IMG/VR virus record: IMGVR_UViG_3300040801_003393
Location: 32,001-96,000 of that record
Length of the DNA stretch: 64,000 nt
Strand: one strand, 5' to 3'
From: a virus
Below, in pieces: positions 32,801 through 39,665 of this stretch. Both the position numbers and the translations under genes were made by a program. The first letter of the stretch is position 1, and each line of letters opens with the position of its first letter. The notes below the pieces were generated by a model that did no database searches, was not told where the DNA came from, and saw nothing but the letters and a program-made list of their open reading frames with translations.

Positions 32801-34392
32801 TTGCTGGGGCCGAGAACATTTCAGTTTATAATAATGCATTCTTCAACGAAGACTTCTTCTCGGGCGGTAGTACACAATTACTCAACGACTATATTCTCCC
32901 ACCAGGACAGTTATCTGGGATGAATAAAATGAATGCTGTAGTTGAGCTCAATGGATTCCGTTTACGTCCGCCAGAGGCATTACGACACTATGCAGCGAGC
33001 ACACAGACAGTCTTTACATTGCCAGTTACTGGTGATATACCTCAGATGTCTATAGCTAACAATGAAGTGCATGTTTTTGTTAATGATGAGTTGCAGACCG
33101 AAGGGATAGATTATACCTTGTCTGCAACTACAGATTTAGCGGTGTATAATAGTGCGTTCTTTAACAATGCATTCTTCTCGTCGCCTGACTCAACACCGGC
33201 CAGGTTTGTAACATTCTTTGTACCACCAGGCGCTGATACAAAAGTTGATGTATATGTAACTACGGCCGCCGAATATTCCTGGCTCGGAGACGAAGTAATA
33301 ATTCATGTACCTACGGCAATTGATGATATAGTTGGCGTTACAGTTTATGGTGATACTAGAGAACTAGATCTACTAACTGAAGTGTTTGTTGGCCCGACGG
33401 TGCTTGAAGAAGAAGAAATTGATTTGTTTGGTGATCGTTTTGACTATGTACCGTTCGATTATGAGACCGGTATTAATATTGCCTACAACGTATTTAATTT
33501 AAGCAAACAAGGGGTCACAAACCCAGAGAGACTCTGGGTTACATTAAATGGACAACGGCTAGCAGCAAACGATGATTATATCATTGATGTTAGCGGAAAC
33601 TTAATTTTAACAATGCCACTATTAGCAGATACAGACGTATTGGCAATTACATCAATGACTGACAGCGTTGTAACAAATGGAGTTGCATTCCGAATCTTTA
33701 AAGATATGCGTGATAATTACGCTGCATATAGTTTAAGTGAATCACATGTTACATATTTGACGCAGCCACTGGCAGTAGATGATGATGTTATATATGTACA
33801 CGATGCAAGTGTTATTGCAGCGCCAAACCTAACACAGAACAGATTTGGTATTGTAATAATTGATGGCGAACGTATTACGTTTAGAGTAAGAGATTTAGGT
33901 ACTAATACGCTTAGTGGGTTGCGTCGTGGAACCGCCGGCACTGGTGCAGCCGCGCACGACATTGGCGCAGATGTTAGTGATGCTTCATCAAAAGCAATCA
34001 TTCCAGGTACATTTAGTTCCGGCCGAGCATATACATATCTAACACAAGATTGGAATACCAGTGATGACGTTATATATGTCCACGACGCAACTGAAGCAGG
34101 ATTGAATGTATATGATGTTGTAGGGTTTGGCACAGTTACAATTGATGGACTTGATGGATATCATGTACGCTTTACAAGCCGCGATCCAATTACTAACACA
34201 ATTAGTGGCTTAACAATTGTTGCAAATGATGCCGGGATCACACCAGCAATTCCAGCAACTATTGGTAAGAGCGCCAAAGTTTATGACGTGGGCCGCGAAA
34301 AAGTATGGTACGCACAGGGAGCGGTAACTGCAAGTAATGGGATTCCGTTGCAGGAGCAAAATACTCCGGCCGCACAATTTATTAGAAATTAA
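20842..34392 (+). CDS. Giant (4516 aa) virion baseplate/tail-associated protein (gp7-like position)
   Basis: Uninterrupted ORF after gp6; YINEAKPYHTKI motif, FG-GAP/beta-propeller-like repeats, Ig-like repeats (VYVNG...DY), GGAGY..PP.V repeats. Confidence 0.75.
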   Translation: MARIRSVDFLPEIFKTTTNKKFLGSTLDQLIQEPKLKVTQGYIGRRSGAGVGVNDTYLIEPTVSRENYQLEPGIIFNDKNGVAVDALTYPGLVDGLNVRGALVNNHNRLFEAETYSWDPLFNFDKFVNYSQYYWLPEGPSSVNVQAEEVLLEDEFDVSRNDGDSSYTFSGKAGQNPILTLVRGGTYTFNVGQTGHPFWIQTEPGLTGHVSWAENISSREILGVVNNGDDNGTITFNVPLSNGQDFYDTLLDLGPVDLATMVKFNEINRKPLDEIVSINEIENLENKTIVFVNPTVGDATTLGWVIEALPNYADYSNSGDFSTTTVLTSLSERYQIFKIFIVYDNWGENPIINLVPIQTVNQFEKFTIQYGPVYSNIGFYKNSSGVFEQIPRITAPLDQLFYQDGNNEDIFGVINLVDANESATLFISDIIGNDSYTSPNGVEFTNGLKVKFRGDVVPAEYTNEEYYVEGVGTSIKLLPVRDFITPEPYTKNASDPFDSLPYDSIAYDGSLNSPLEEDYLTINRASQDLNAWTRSNRWFHIDVLQKSADYNNVTLVVDQTSRAKRPIIEFESNLQLFNFGAVAKTPVNVIDTKEVDALSNVHGSLGYAVDGFILSEGSRIIFAADTDPNVKNKIFNVSFEDLDNSGTETLVLTLAEDGNVVEDDVVLVTSGLTQQGKTYHFSNNQWVLAQQKNSVNQPPLFDIFDNDNISFSDISKYQASTFKGSKLFSYAIGNGSNDIVLGFPLQYLNIGNLGDIVFENNLYIDTFLYVENSVSQELPISSGFVKQFSSATEYNWRIGWTRSAERMYVPQVFNFTYTGAPLQLDVTPRTDLEVPSIKIFVNNSFVPSTDYAVTTHDRGTTIAFNEIVATDSKVEVLIYSDEVSDIGYYEVPRNLSQNIFNENTDRLTLGTIRNHYNSLAQNILNLVGNINGANNIRDLGNVSSYGDIIIQHAAPLALAAKFIRTREYDLFEAIKFNGRYYEKYKNQLLDWVQKNDIADLSIDEILEHAVANITAGKTLDHAFYNSDMLPAGNDYDVVTHQITAISTDTFDIINVYDFTKANSKAILVYLNDTLLVKDHDYIVADDGPRITLLIDSNIDDILTIKEYRDTAGSMLPATPTKLGLYPKYLPEKFVDNTFITPTEVIRGHDGSITVAFGDLRDDVLLEFERRIYNNIKVNDNIPLLSDDVIPGQYRNTGYSDIEITEILSPSFLSWVGWNRLDYREQDYRANDSRTWNYSSSSSVIDDSLLKGHWRGVFKYFYDTDAPHTRPWEMLGLTEEPSWWENQYGPAPYTSGNLVLWDDLEAGIIRDPNGEYIDERYIRPGLTDIIPVDGEGNLLTPMETVVKTYSSYNFKKSWRIGDLAPVEAAWRRSSLWPFAVQRLLALTKPAQYFALMADRDRYTYNEELQQYLLDGRYRLDSRAIEVLTSDTPKHSYINWIIEYNKHYGYNSADELVESLSNLDVNLCYRMGSFTDKNRLKIFTDKSSPDSTNNSLLLPDESYNLLLYRNQPFDEIIYSSVIVQRVEDGYSVFGNSTTDPYFKIMQSIPNGNFKTFQIGRTTKSATTIRVPQDFRDSVVYIPYGYVFSNKHQVVDFLVSYGEYLSRVGVKFNNSQDTVDLDWTQMAKEFIYWVDQGWSIGSVINLNPTAESLEFERELAIVDSLLNLAVNEQPLDQNNIPLAPADYVIDRLENNFKLTTLNDRILSYLNLQLTSFEHLLILDNTSIFNDVIYSPVTGVRQNRVKLVGYTVNEWNGQLDAQGFLFSDNKIDEWVYTKSYSKGSIVKFKNSYWTAIKPINPSEMFDYDAWVKIEPSDISTGLLSNLATKSDQMLQFYNNKTANLESDADLLALGLTGFRPREYMSSLDLDDISQVNIYSDLIKQKGTLDSLGMFKNITLNGNKTEYKIFENWAIRRAQYGATASRAYFELQLDEAQHNANPTSIAIVNGPTEVTDADQKVTLNQIYKQSVKHTSKDILPLLTEKVTDVSLPYAGFVDFEDVDFYTFSLDTFETIDANLSDIIDSTLIWVAKDTDYDWNVYRVTAISPPVVRVQDNLNGTLTIEFAAPHQLTANTVIIIKYFDSQIDGTYRVNGIVNEKKVQVNGSLLEDQTVIEDEVGSAFKLVSVRVDYPSSIVDSPFDKQLFADDRIWVNNDGGLARVYEKERAFTSVGSLESTVSSSESDFGSAIAQGRNNTGAIVGDVLNNGSKGILYCYNKATASEYILHSLLDLSHLPVNHLGKTLAMATNVAAVAADGMVAIINRNVAKDVFEFTQILPEYPSGFGQAITISADERWLFITEYEQFSDDPYLTLDTQRLHIYQQIKYQDQEVTYTATGTQTQFELEGYVVIGTTASANNQVTVTVNGNKVTNYVVNGPTIQFTSAPPAGAIVNIRRNDIQTFESDGSTTTFTVNGLHAINGIESISVYVENKILRPNEDYTFSGIDLELLVAPPAGDAITVRTGNYYVEVSEIDFNVDDAQYGLSIDVGEDAQQIVVGAPGLSEHGPSSTTVNNVGRVILYNRAVERFVATIDGQAGVTTLRTPKATSQVWVNGVPLEPAQFNKNPQYTISGNIITLTGVEIKAGDFIDVDINDFIDYQTLDINVPREDALFGSAVSLCRSECALYVGAPGDIISGKKDAGSVTRFVNMSRMTGVLVGTNQNPTVTVGDSIRVNNVEVIFTNTNVEQVATDINNTLIPNVRAYVSDGYLVIELKNKEVASLANRLKVTPGRSAINNDIEAFNNLGLAPYQYTQTITAPDPESFGRFGNAVQIDYNMNQLYVAAENMSAKKIAIFDNRETTFDGRTLRFVDIYDRSGVVYTYDVLRDETRFTPGKLAYGEQVYDFKLQNSNGFGQRISVVDGLMMVGSPGYDEPTVDAGRVALFYNFKRKLTWTDIKVEQPRTDVTLINSAFIYDYTTSQVKQYLDYIDPLNGKILGPAAQNLDYIRGDDPAQYMASTEGPLWGEAQVGQMWWDTSTVRFLDYFQDDIKRGLKRWGKTFPGSSIDVYEWVESSLPPARYTGEGEVYDLNKYVSVTLVNEQRIIESKHYFWVKGISQVNKNAYKTLGAEAVATYIETPSASGLPYLALINASTIGMFNMTSEIDVKNVILHVEYDKVRNDSKVFVEFDLLREGDERDTLSPSVYKKMLDSFCGVDSLGNAVPDINLTITDRYGIDFRPRKSMFVDRFAALSMYIQKVNGIIAQYPVAESKVYPLLNSKEEPPAANTGAWDLRVADNAELSYQNFNIVPAGYKYLVEIDSNNNGLWSIYEVQANKTLQLIVVQSYDTRQFWNYINWYADDFNPLTKPDIVVDTYAQLLTIVKEEGRVARVNLNANGNWEIYRCQNNIWERVGLQNGTIAFSTQLYDYSLGRFGFDNEVFDAQYFDQEPVIELRNILRSINEEILVGDLALERNNVLIAVFKYILSEQQNVDWLYKTSLIDVSHKVRTLDSFSVYQKENQNYVIDYINEAKPYHTKIKEFRLGYDGFDQYNGLVTDFDCPSYYDSEFDQFISPILDDGAILVTDPSNKAPTDPIWGEFPWSSWYSNYKLQISVIEVLDGGAGYTIPPQVKIVGDCEEPAILEARVSGSGQITEVRVITPGCGYLDTPVITFIGGNGSGASAKAVMRNDLVRSFTLTIKYDRYEYTSSVLNWEDTVTRNIDDLIRFNNTVYRVKESNNDLTFVSSKYEEVNIEELSGIDRTVGYYVPDVNKPGLDLSLLVDGIVFPGVQVDGPGFNLSSGFDVQFWDTDLFDSIVYGPEGYPTYPASAIDTIYESSFLDGYLGTRATDINVDGGEFIDVYHSHAPEELVPGSMFDTLSISVYSRPGADWLNDGHSYAYLAETFNVTTVPAMVSFANIAEYPITVFVVNATTKRTLYETIDFTVDWINQTVLITDDIAINDNVKVFISEIGGGDQLHREIIFGNEVVNDRYEIPVNASEIKEVIVFANGVRLQNITVEAIDSYSSNVVFSDTLTANEFVTITVFGISSPYDENYLQTFTFVAGAENISVYNNAFFNEDFFSGGSTQLLNDYILPPGQLSGMNKMNAVVELNGFRLRPPEALRHYAASTQTVFTLPVTGDIPQMSIANNEVHVFVNDELQTEGIDYTLSATTDLAVYNSAFFNNAFFSSPDSTPARFVTFFVPPGADTKVDVYVTTAAEYSWLGDEVIIHVPTAIDDIVGVTVYGDTRELDLLTEVFVGPTVLEEEEIDLFGDRFDYVPFDYETGINIAYNVFNLSKQGVTNPERLWVTLNGQRLAANDDYIIDVSGNLILTMPLLADTDVLAITSMTDSVVTNGVAFRIFKDMRDNYAAYSLSESHVTYLTQPLAVDDDVIYVHDASVIAAPNLTQNRFGIVIIDGERITFRVRDLGTNTLSGLRRGTAGTGAAAHDIGADVSDASSKAIIPGTFSSGRAYTYLTQDWNTSDDVIYVHDATEAGLNVYDVVGFGTVTIDGLDGYHVRFTSRDPITNTISGLTIVANDAGITPAIPATIGKSAKVYDVGREKVWYAQGAVTASNGIPLQEQNTPAAQFIRN

Positions 34393-34406
34393 CGATATTT
34401 TAGAGG

Positions 34407-34413
34407 ATAAATA
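34407..34413 (+). promoter_or_regulatory. T4-type late promoter
   Basis: ATAAATA 6 nt before ATG 34420. Confidence 0.65.
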
Positions 34414-34419
34414 ACGTAC

Positions 34420-34569
34420 ATGGATAATAAAGATAACAAAAGCCAAGTCCCTCAGCAGGAACCAAAAAAGAAACCTGATGAGCTTAGCGGTATACAAGTT
34501 GACGAGTTTGTTAAGATTTTTGACCCAAACTCAAGTGAGGTTTTTGTTGCTAAACGAGGTGAATCTTAA
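34420..34569 (+). CDS. 49-aa protein (not in ORF track) resembling the N-terminus of the next gene
   Basis: MDNKDNKSQVPQQEPKKKPDELSGIQVDEFVKIFDPNSSEVFVAKRGES; TAATG coupling to 34569. Confidence 0.7.
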   Translation: MDNKDNKSQVPQQEPKKKPDELSGIQVDEFVKIFDPNSSEVFVAKRGES

Positions 34570-35177
34570 TGTTCGACCGTAGTGTATTAAAGATAGATGG
34601 GTTTTTGAAAATATACGACCCAAATAATAACGAAATTTTTGTAGACCAGCATAATGCTATTCATTATGAAAACTTCTCTGAATCGTTAGCATACTCTTTA
34701 GCAAACAAGAATTTAGGGTATATCTATCAAATGAGTTTTGGTAACGGCGGCACTAGTGTTGACCCCACTGGGTTAATAACTTACCTTCCGCCAAATGTTA
34801 CAGGACAGAATGCAGATTTATATAACCAAACCTACTCAAAAGTAGTAGATGATAATTCAACTGCTAATACCGATACTTCTCGAAATAATTTAACGGTGCT
34901 GCATACACCTGGAAAGGTATACACTGACATTTTGGTAAGTTGTTTGTTAGATTATGGTGAACCAATTGGGCAGCAGGCATTTGATAATAGCACGCAACTC
35001 GACGGTCAATTTGTATTTGATGAATTGGGATTGAAAAGTTGGTACGGGTCAGCATCAGATTTGCGATTAATTACTCATGTAGTTTTTCACCCGGTTCAAA
35101 AGGCCTTGAATAGACAGATCCAAATCGACTACACAGTTCGTATACAAACACTAACGAACTTAACAACGGCTGCATAA
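34569..35177 (+). CDS. Virion structural protein (tail/baseplate-associated)
   Basis: FGNGG, FDELGL, LITHVVFHPVQK; within the late structural cluster. Confidence 0.6.
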   Translation: MFDRSVLKIDGFLKIYDPNNNEIFVDQHNAIHYENFSESLAYSLANKNLGYIYQMSFGNGGTSVDPTGLITYLPPNVTGQNADLYNQTYSKVVDDNSTANTDTSRNNLTVLHTPGKVYTDILVSCLLDYGEPIGQQAFDNSTQLDGQFVFDELGLKSWYGSASDLRLITHVVFHPVQKALNRQIQIDYTVRIQTLTNLTTAA

Positions 35178-35198
35178 TAACGGAATATTATAATGCAG

Positions 35199-35205
35199 AT
35201 AAATA
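35199..35205 (+). promoter_or_regulatory. T4-type late promoter
   Basis: ATAAATA upstream of 35231. Confidence 0.65.
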
Positions 35206-35230
35206 AAGGTAATTACGGAGTTTATTAAAA

Positions 35231-36727
35231 ATGGCGTATACGATTAACTTAACAGATGGTACAATCCTAACCACAGTGGCAGATGGTACTATTAATACCG
35301 ATACTAGTATGGTTATTATCGGAAAAAACTATGCTGGTTACGGAGAATTTTTGGGCGAAAACTTTGTACGTTTGCTCGAAAATAGCGCAAATGCAACAGC
35401 ACCTGCAAACCCATTGCGCGGTCAACTTTGGTTTGACACTAGTGATGGCGTTTTAAAGGTGTACAATGGATCTACTTTTAAGAATTTAGGTTCAGCAGCA
35501 ACATCTGCAACAGCACCGGCTACAGGCGTAGTTGGTGATTTATGGTTTGATCCGGTTAATTCCCAGTTAAACGTATATGATGGTGCGAACTGGATTTTAG
35601 TAGGACCAAGTTTTACAGCAGGAACAGGGACTACAGGAGCAATACCTGATATTATTGCTGATACTATTGCTGTTGATCATATCGTTGTAAAGTTTTATGT
35701 CGAAGACGATATTGTTGGGATTTTGAGCAAAGATGCTGCATTTACTCCAGGTACGCCAATTCCAGGATTTACTCAAATTTTCCCAGGATTTAACTTAGCA
35801 ACTAGCATTGGTGGCGAAACATTAGAATTTGTTGGCACAGCCACCGATTCTAATGCATTAGGCGGCCTAGCTAGCTCGCAGTATTTGCGCTCAGATGCAA
35901 ATGATACCACATCCGGTACGCTTAAGATTTTAAATGATGTTGGTTTATATGTTGGTGCTGATGACGACGGTCGACTTTATGTTGATACCGTCGATTTGTA
36001 TTTGCAAAACCAGACTAACAACGGAGACATCCATTTCCGTGTCAATGACGGTGGCGTCAATAAGACAGTATTGACCATTGACGGACCGTCAGGCAAGGCG
36101 TTATTATATGGTGATCCTACTGTAAACTTAGGCGTTGCAACAAAACAGTATGTTGATAACTCAATTACAACAGCAATTGGCGGTGGCATTACCGGTGTAT
36201 TAAAAGCAGACGGATCAGTTGATATTGCTGGTATTTTGCGTCCAGATGCAAATAACACAAGAGATTTAGGAACATCGGTGCGTAAGTTTGCAACGGTATA
36301 TGCAACTACGTTTAACGGAACCTCAACAACCGCACAATACGCTGACTTAGCAGAACGTTTTGCGTCAGACGAAGCATACGCACCCGGAACAGTAGTTGAA
36401 TTGGGTGGCGAAGCAGAAATCACAAAAGCGGTCAATGAATTAAGTGATCGTGTTTTCGGTGTTATTAGTTCTCAGGCAGCATATTTAATGAACGCCGCCG
36501 CTGGCGACGATGTGACGCACCCGGCAGTAGCAATGAACGGACGTGTTCCGGTTAGAGTGATCGGCAAAGTTCGAAAAGGTGATAGATTGGTATCTGCTGG
36601 TGCAGGGCTAGCTCGTGCTGTGAAGGAAGATGAAGCAGTTACTTCGTTTCACGTAATTGGTCGTTCGCTAGAAGATAAAACGACATCCGGCGAAGGCGTG
36701 GTCGAAGCGGTAGTTCGAATTAACTAA
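35231..36727 (+). CDS. Tail fibre/baseplate protein with C-terminal chaperone-like domain
   Basis: GKNYAGYGE..ENF, two G(Q/D)LWFD repeats, ATKQYVD, C-terminal YADLAE...GRVPV. Confidence 0.65.
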   Translation: MAYTINLTDGTILTTVADGTINTDTSMVIIGKNYAGYGEFLGENFVRLLENSANATAPANPLRGQLWFDTSDGVLKVYNGSTFKNLGSAATSATAPATGVVGDLWFDPVNSQLNVYDGANWILVGPSFTAGTGTTGAIPDIIADTIAVDHIVVKFYVEDDIVGILSKDAAFTPGTPIPGFTQIFPGFNLATSIGGETLEFVGTATDSNALGGLASSQYLRSDANDTTSGTLKILNDVGLYVGADDDGRLYVDTVDLYLQNQTNNGDIHFRVNDGGVNKTVLTIDGPSGKALLYGDPTVNLGVATKQYVDNSITTAIGGGITGVLKADGSVDIAGILRPDANNTRDLGTSVRKFATVYATTFNGTSTTAQYADLAERFASDEAYAPGTVVELGGEAEITKAVNELSDRVFGVISSQAAYLMNAAAGDDVTHPAVAMNGRVPVRVIGKVRKGDRLVSAGAGLARAVKEDEAVTSFHVIGRSLEDKTTSGEGVVEAVVRIN

Positions 36728-36821
36728 TGACATATATAAACGGCAACAGAACTAGATTAATAAAATTATCTGCGTTGCTGTATGAACGATATATATTAAA
36801 AAATAGCAGGAAATATAAAAT

Positions 36822-38435
36822 ATGACTTACGTGACTGGTGGAACCATCGACGATGGCGACTATAATTTATTTATTTCAGGGACAACCACTGGAGCAGCAA
36901 ACCATTCGGTCCAGAACCTTAATTCACTTTGGTCCGCTGGCACAGGTGATAGGGGTTATGGTCAAGGTGGTTCGATAGCAGCGGTTTCTGCAGGTACAAC
37001 CATTACTGCAACACAGTGGGCGAATTTGTTTAACAGGATTAACACAATTGCGTCACATCAAGGGTCAACAGTTACAAGTCACCCTGCCCCATCTACCGGC
37101 GATGATATTGTTGCATACAATACATTGAACGGAGCAATTACTACAATTTGGAATAACCGATTAAATTGTGCAGCGTCAGGTACTACAATTACAGCGGGCG
37201 GATCGGTTAATAGAACAACAGCGTGGGCATCGACACTAACGTTTGTTATGTCGGTACAATTTGCTAGCGTATCGCAACGTCGCTATTTCTTTAACACTGG
37301 TGGAAGGGTTAATATTTCACTATCCCGATCTGGTGGTGATGCAACTACTAAAAATTCGTCCTGGACAAGTTTATTGAGTGCATGCGGAACATTAGTGTTA
37401 ACTGCTGCCTCTGGTGCAAACCAAGCTAACATTGCTGGTACAAACTATTTTGGTTTTAACAAGATTGGTGGGTCAGGCACAGAAGTTACATTAGCAACCA
37501 ATATTGGCTTTCACAACTTAACTTCCACTTATCAAACAGTATTTTTAAAAAGCAGCACAACCGCACTCTATACAGAAAACCAAGTGCGTGTTCGCGCTCG
37601 CACAAATGGCAACAATGTTGAATTTGAAGTTCAATTAACAGATAACGACGATGACCAAGGCCCAGATGATGTTGTAAATGGAACAACAAATTGTACGTTA
37701 ACTGCTATACCAGCAGCAACAACTCACATTGGTAACAGTTGGGGCACCGTTACTTTATCTGGGACTCAGTCTGGACCTGACATTCCGGTATTTACCGACC
37801 CGGGGATTTTTTATGTTGGCGAAGAATTTACCAGCACAGGTGCATCTGCAATTAACTTACCACCAGACATCGAAGAAGGCGATGTTGTGTTATTCTTGCA
37901 GGTAGAGAATGACGGTGCTATTGCGCCACCAACCGGTTCAACGGCATTAGTTAGCAACAGCTTTATTATGATGTCGAGAGTCTCTCGGTATGTTGTTCCG
38001 GCGTCACCACCTGCCACATTACCAGGTTTCACCTCATCAGGCGGAGGTGTGATAGCTATTGCTTTTAGAGGAGTTGATCCTACTAACCCGATTGATGTAG
38101 TATCTACGGCATTAGGTGGACAGCCATTTGGCGCATCTTGGAGCTCACCGGATGTTACTACAACTGTGGCAGATGCAATGGTAGTTCGATTTGTGGCTAC
38201 CATGCACCAGCTCCCAACTTTTATGCAATACGTAACTAGTATATCAATACCGGGTCAAGAGGGCCAGGCCTGGGTTGAGCTTAAGAATGACCCGCTTGTA
38301 AATATGGTTCGTGCTGATGCGGCATGGTACAAGCAAGCATCTGCAGGCCCAACTGGCACAGCATTGTGGACAGAAACGCCGAACCAAAATAGATACTGGT
38401 TCTCATATACGGTTGCTTTAAAACCTGCACCATAA
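36822..38435 (+). CDS. Tail fibre-like protein
   Basis: G/T/S-rich; GYGQ, RYFFNTGG; distinct C-terminal domain. Confidence 0.55.
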   Translation: MTYVTGGTIDDGDYNLFISGTTTGAANHSVQNLNSLWSAGTGDRGYGQGGSIAAVSAGTTITATQWANLFNRINTIASHQGSTVTSHPAPSTGDDIVAYNTLNGAITTIWNNRLNCAASGTTITAGGSVNRTTAWASTLTFVMSVQFASVSQRRYFFNTGGRVNISLSRSGGDATTKNSSWTSLLSACGTLVLTAASGANQANIAGTNYFGFNKIGGSGTEVTLATNIGFHNLTSTYQTVFLKSSTTALYTENQVRVRARTNGNNVEFEVQLTDNDDDQGPDDVVNGTTNCTLTAIPAATTHIGNSWGTVTLSGTQSGPDIPVFTDPGIFYVGEEFTSTGASAINLPPDIEEGDVVLFLQVENDGAIAPPTGSTALVSNSFIMMSRVSRYVVPASPPATLPGFTSSGGGVIAIAFRGVDPTNPIDVVSTALGGQPFGASWSSPDVTTTVADAMVVRFVATMHQLPTFMQYVTSISIPGQEGQAWVELKNDPLVNMVRADAAWYKQASAGPTGTALWTETPNQNRYWFSYTVALKPAP

Positions 38436-38451
38436 TTTTTTACCAAATTGA

Positions 38452-38490
38452 ATAATGTAAAGGGTAATTTGCCCTTTACATTATCTTTTT
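38452..38490 (+). terminator. Intrinsic terminator ending the structural operon
   Basis: 13-bp perfect stem ataatgtaaaggg/ccctttacattat followed by cttttt. Confidence 0.75.
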
Positions 38491-38503
38491 AATATGTTAT
38501 ACT
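38475..38503 (+). promoter_or_regulatory. sigma70-like promoter for the modification island
   Basis: TTTACA-17 nt-TATACT with extended -10 TG. Confidence 0.55.
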
Positions 38504-38523
38504 TTAATGTAACGAGGTATAAC

Positions 38524-38841
38524 ATGTCTAACCAAGATTCCTTAGTTGCTCAAATCAAATATCGGTTTGATCACGAAGCAGCCAAAAAAACACTTAAAGA
38601 AAAATATGAAGCCAAAATGCTTTTTGCAGCGTTTGGCGGAATGTGGCGAGCCGGCCCAAATCTACTGTCAACACTGAACTTATTACACAGTGGCGTATCC
38701 GATGAAGCCGTGTTAGTCGACGAATATGGAAATCCCTGTAAAGTAAATGTTTTGTTGCTTAAAACTGAAGCAATGTCCCGTTGGCAGGAACAAATGAATG
38801 CCTGGTTGATAGAATTTGAAGAATTGCAAAGGCAACGATGA
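38524..38841 (+). CDS. Hypothetical protein
   Basis: GAGG RBS before ATG 38524; coupled to the next gene. Confidence 0.65.
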   Translation: MSNQDSLVAQIKYRFDHEAAKKTLKEKYEAKMLFAAFGGMWRAGPNLLSTLNLLHSGVSDEAVLVDEYGNPCKVNVLLLKTEAMSRWQEQMNAWLIEFEELQRQR

Positions 38842-39665
38842 GCCAGGGATTCTTAATATTTGCGTTCAATAATGGAACATTTGATTATGTGAAGCAAGCA
38901 TTTTGGCTTGCTGATCGTATATCACATTTCCTAAACAAACCAGTAACTATAGTATCTGACGAAGAAAGCATCAAAGGTAAACATACCAATCATAATATAA
39001 TACTAACCGTTACGGATTCGTATAGTAATAGAAGTTTTCAACAAGCAGATAATAAGAATGTATCCCGTTGGTTCAATGGTAATCGATATCAAGCCTATGA
39101 GTTAAGTCCATACGATGAGACAATAATCGTCGATAGTGATTATGTAATTTGTTCCGATCAGTTAAATCTGTTATTTGATCAGGGCAATGATTTTTTAACA
39201 CATAGATTTGTATTAGACGCTGCTTTTAAAAAAAGTTTTGATGCATTTGAAACATTCGGGCAATTACAAATGCCACACTATTGGGCAACAGTTTTGTTCT
39301 TTAGGAAATCTCAATATGCAAAAAATATTTTTGATTTAGTTTCAATGATTCGAAACAATTACAAATACTATAGTGAATTGTATAAATTCCCATCTACACC
39401 TTATCGCAATGATCATGCAGTTAGTATTGCACAAATTATTGCAAATGGGCATAGAATAGAGTCGGTGCCAACAATAGCCTGGAGTCTTTTGACATTACCG
39501 TATGATGCAACAGTAACCCCCATAAATGATGTAACATTTGATATTTCGTATGAAAAATGGAACAGAAACAGAATGATGCCGTTGCGCAATAGAATTTCTG
39601 GAGTTGATTTTCATTGTATGAATAAGTTCGTTCTTGAGGAAATTATTGATGCCGATAAAAGATGA
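38838..39665 (+). CDS. GT-A fold glycosyltransferase-like protein
   Basis: SPYDETIIVDSDY (DxD), YWATVLFF, RND. Confidence 0.65.
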   Translation: MSQGFLIFAFNNGTFDYVKQAFWLADRISHFLNKPVTIVSDEESIKGKHTNHNIILTVTDSYSNRSFQQADNKNVSRWFNGNRYQAYELSPYDETIIVDSDYVICSDQLNLLFDQGNDFLTHRFVLDAAFKKSFDAFETFGQLQMPHYWATVLFFRKSQYAKNIFDLVSMIRNNYKYYSELYKFPSTPYRNDHAVSIAQIIANGHRIESVPTIAWSLLTLPYDATVTPINDVTFDISYEKWNRNRMMPLRNRISGVDFHCMNKFVLEEIIDADKR

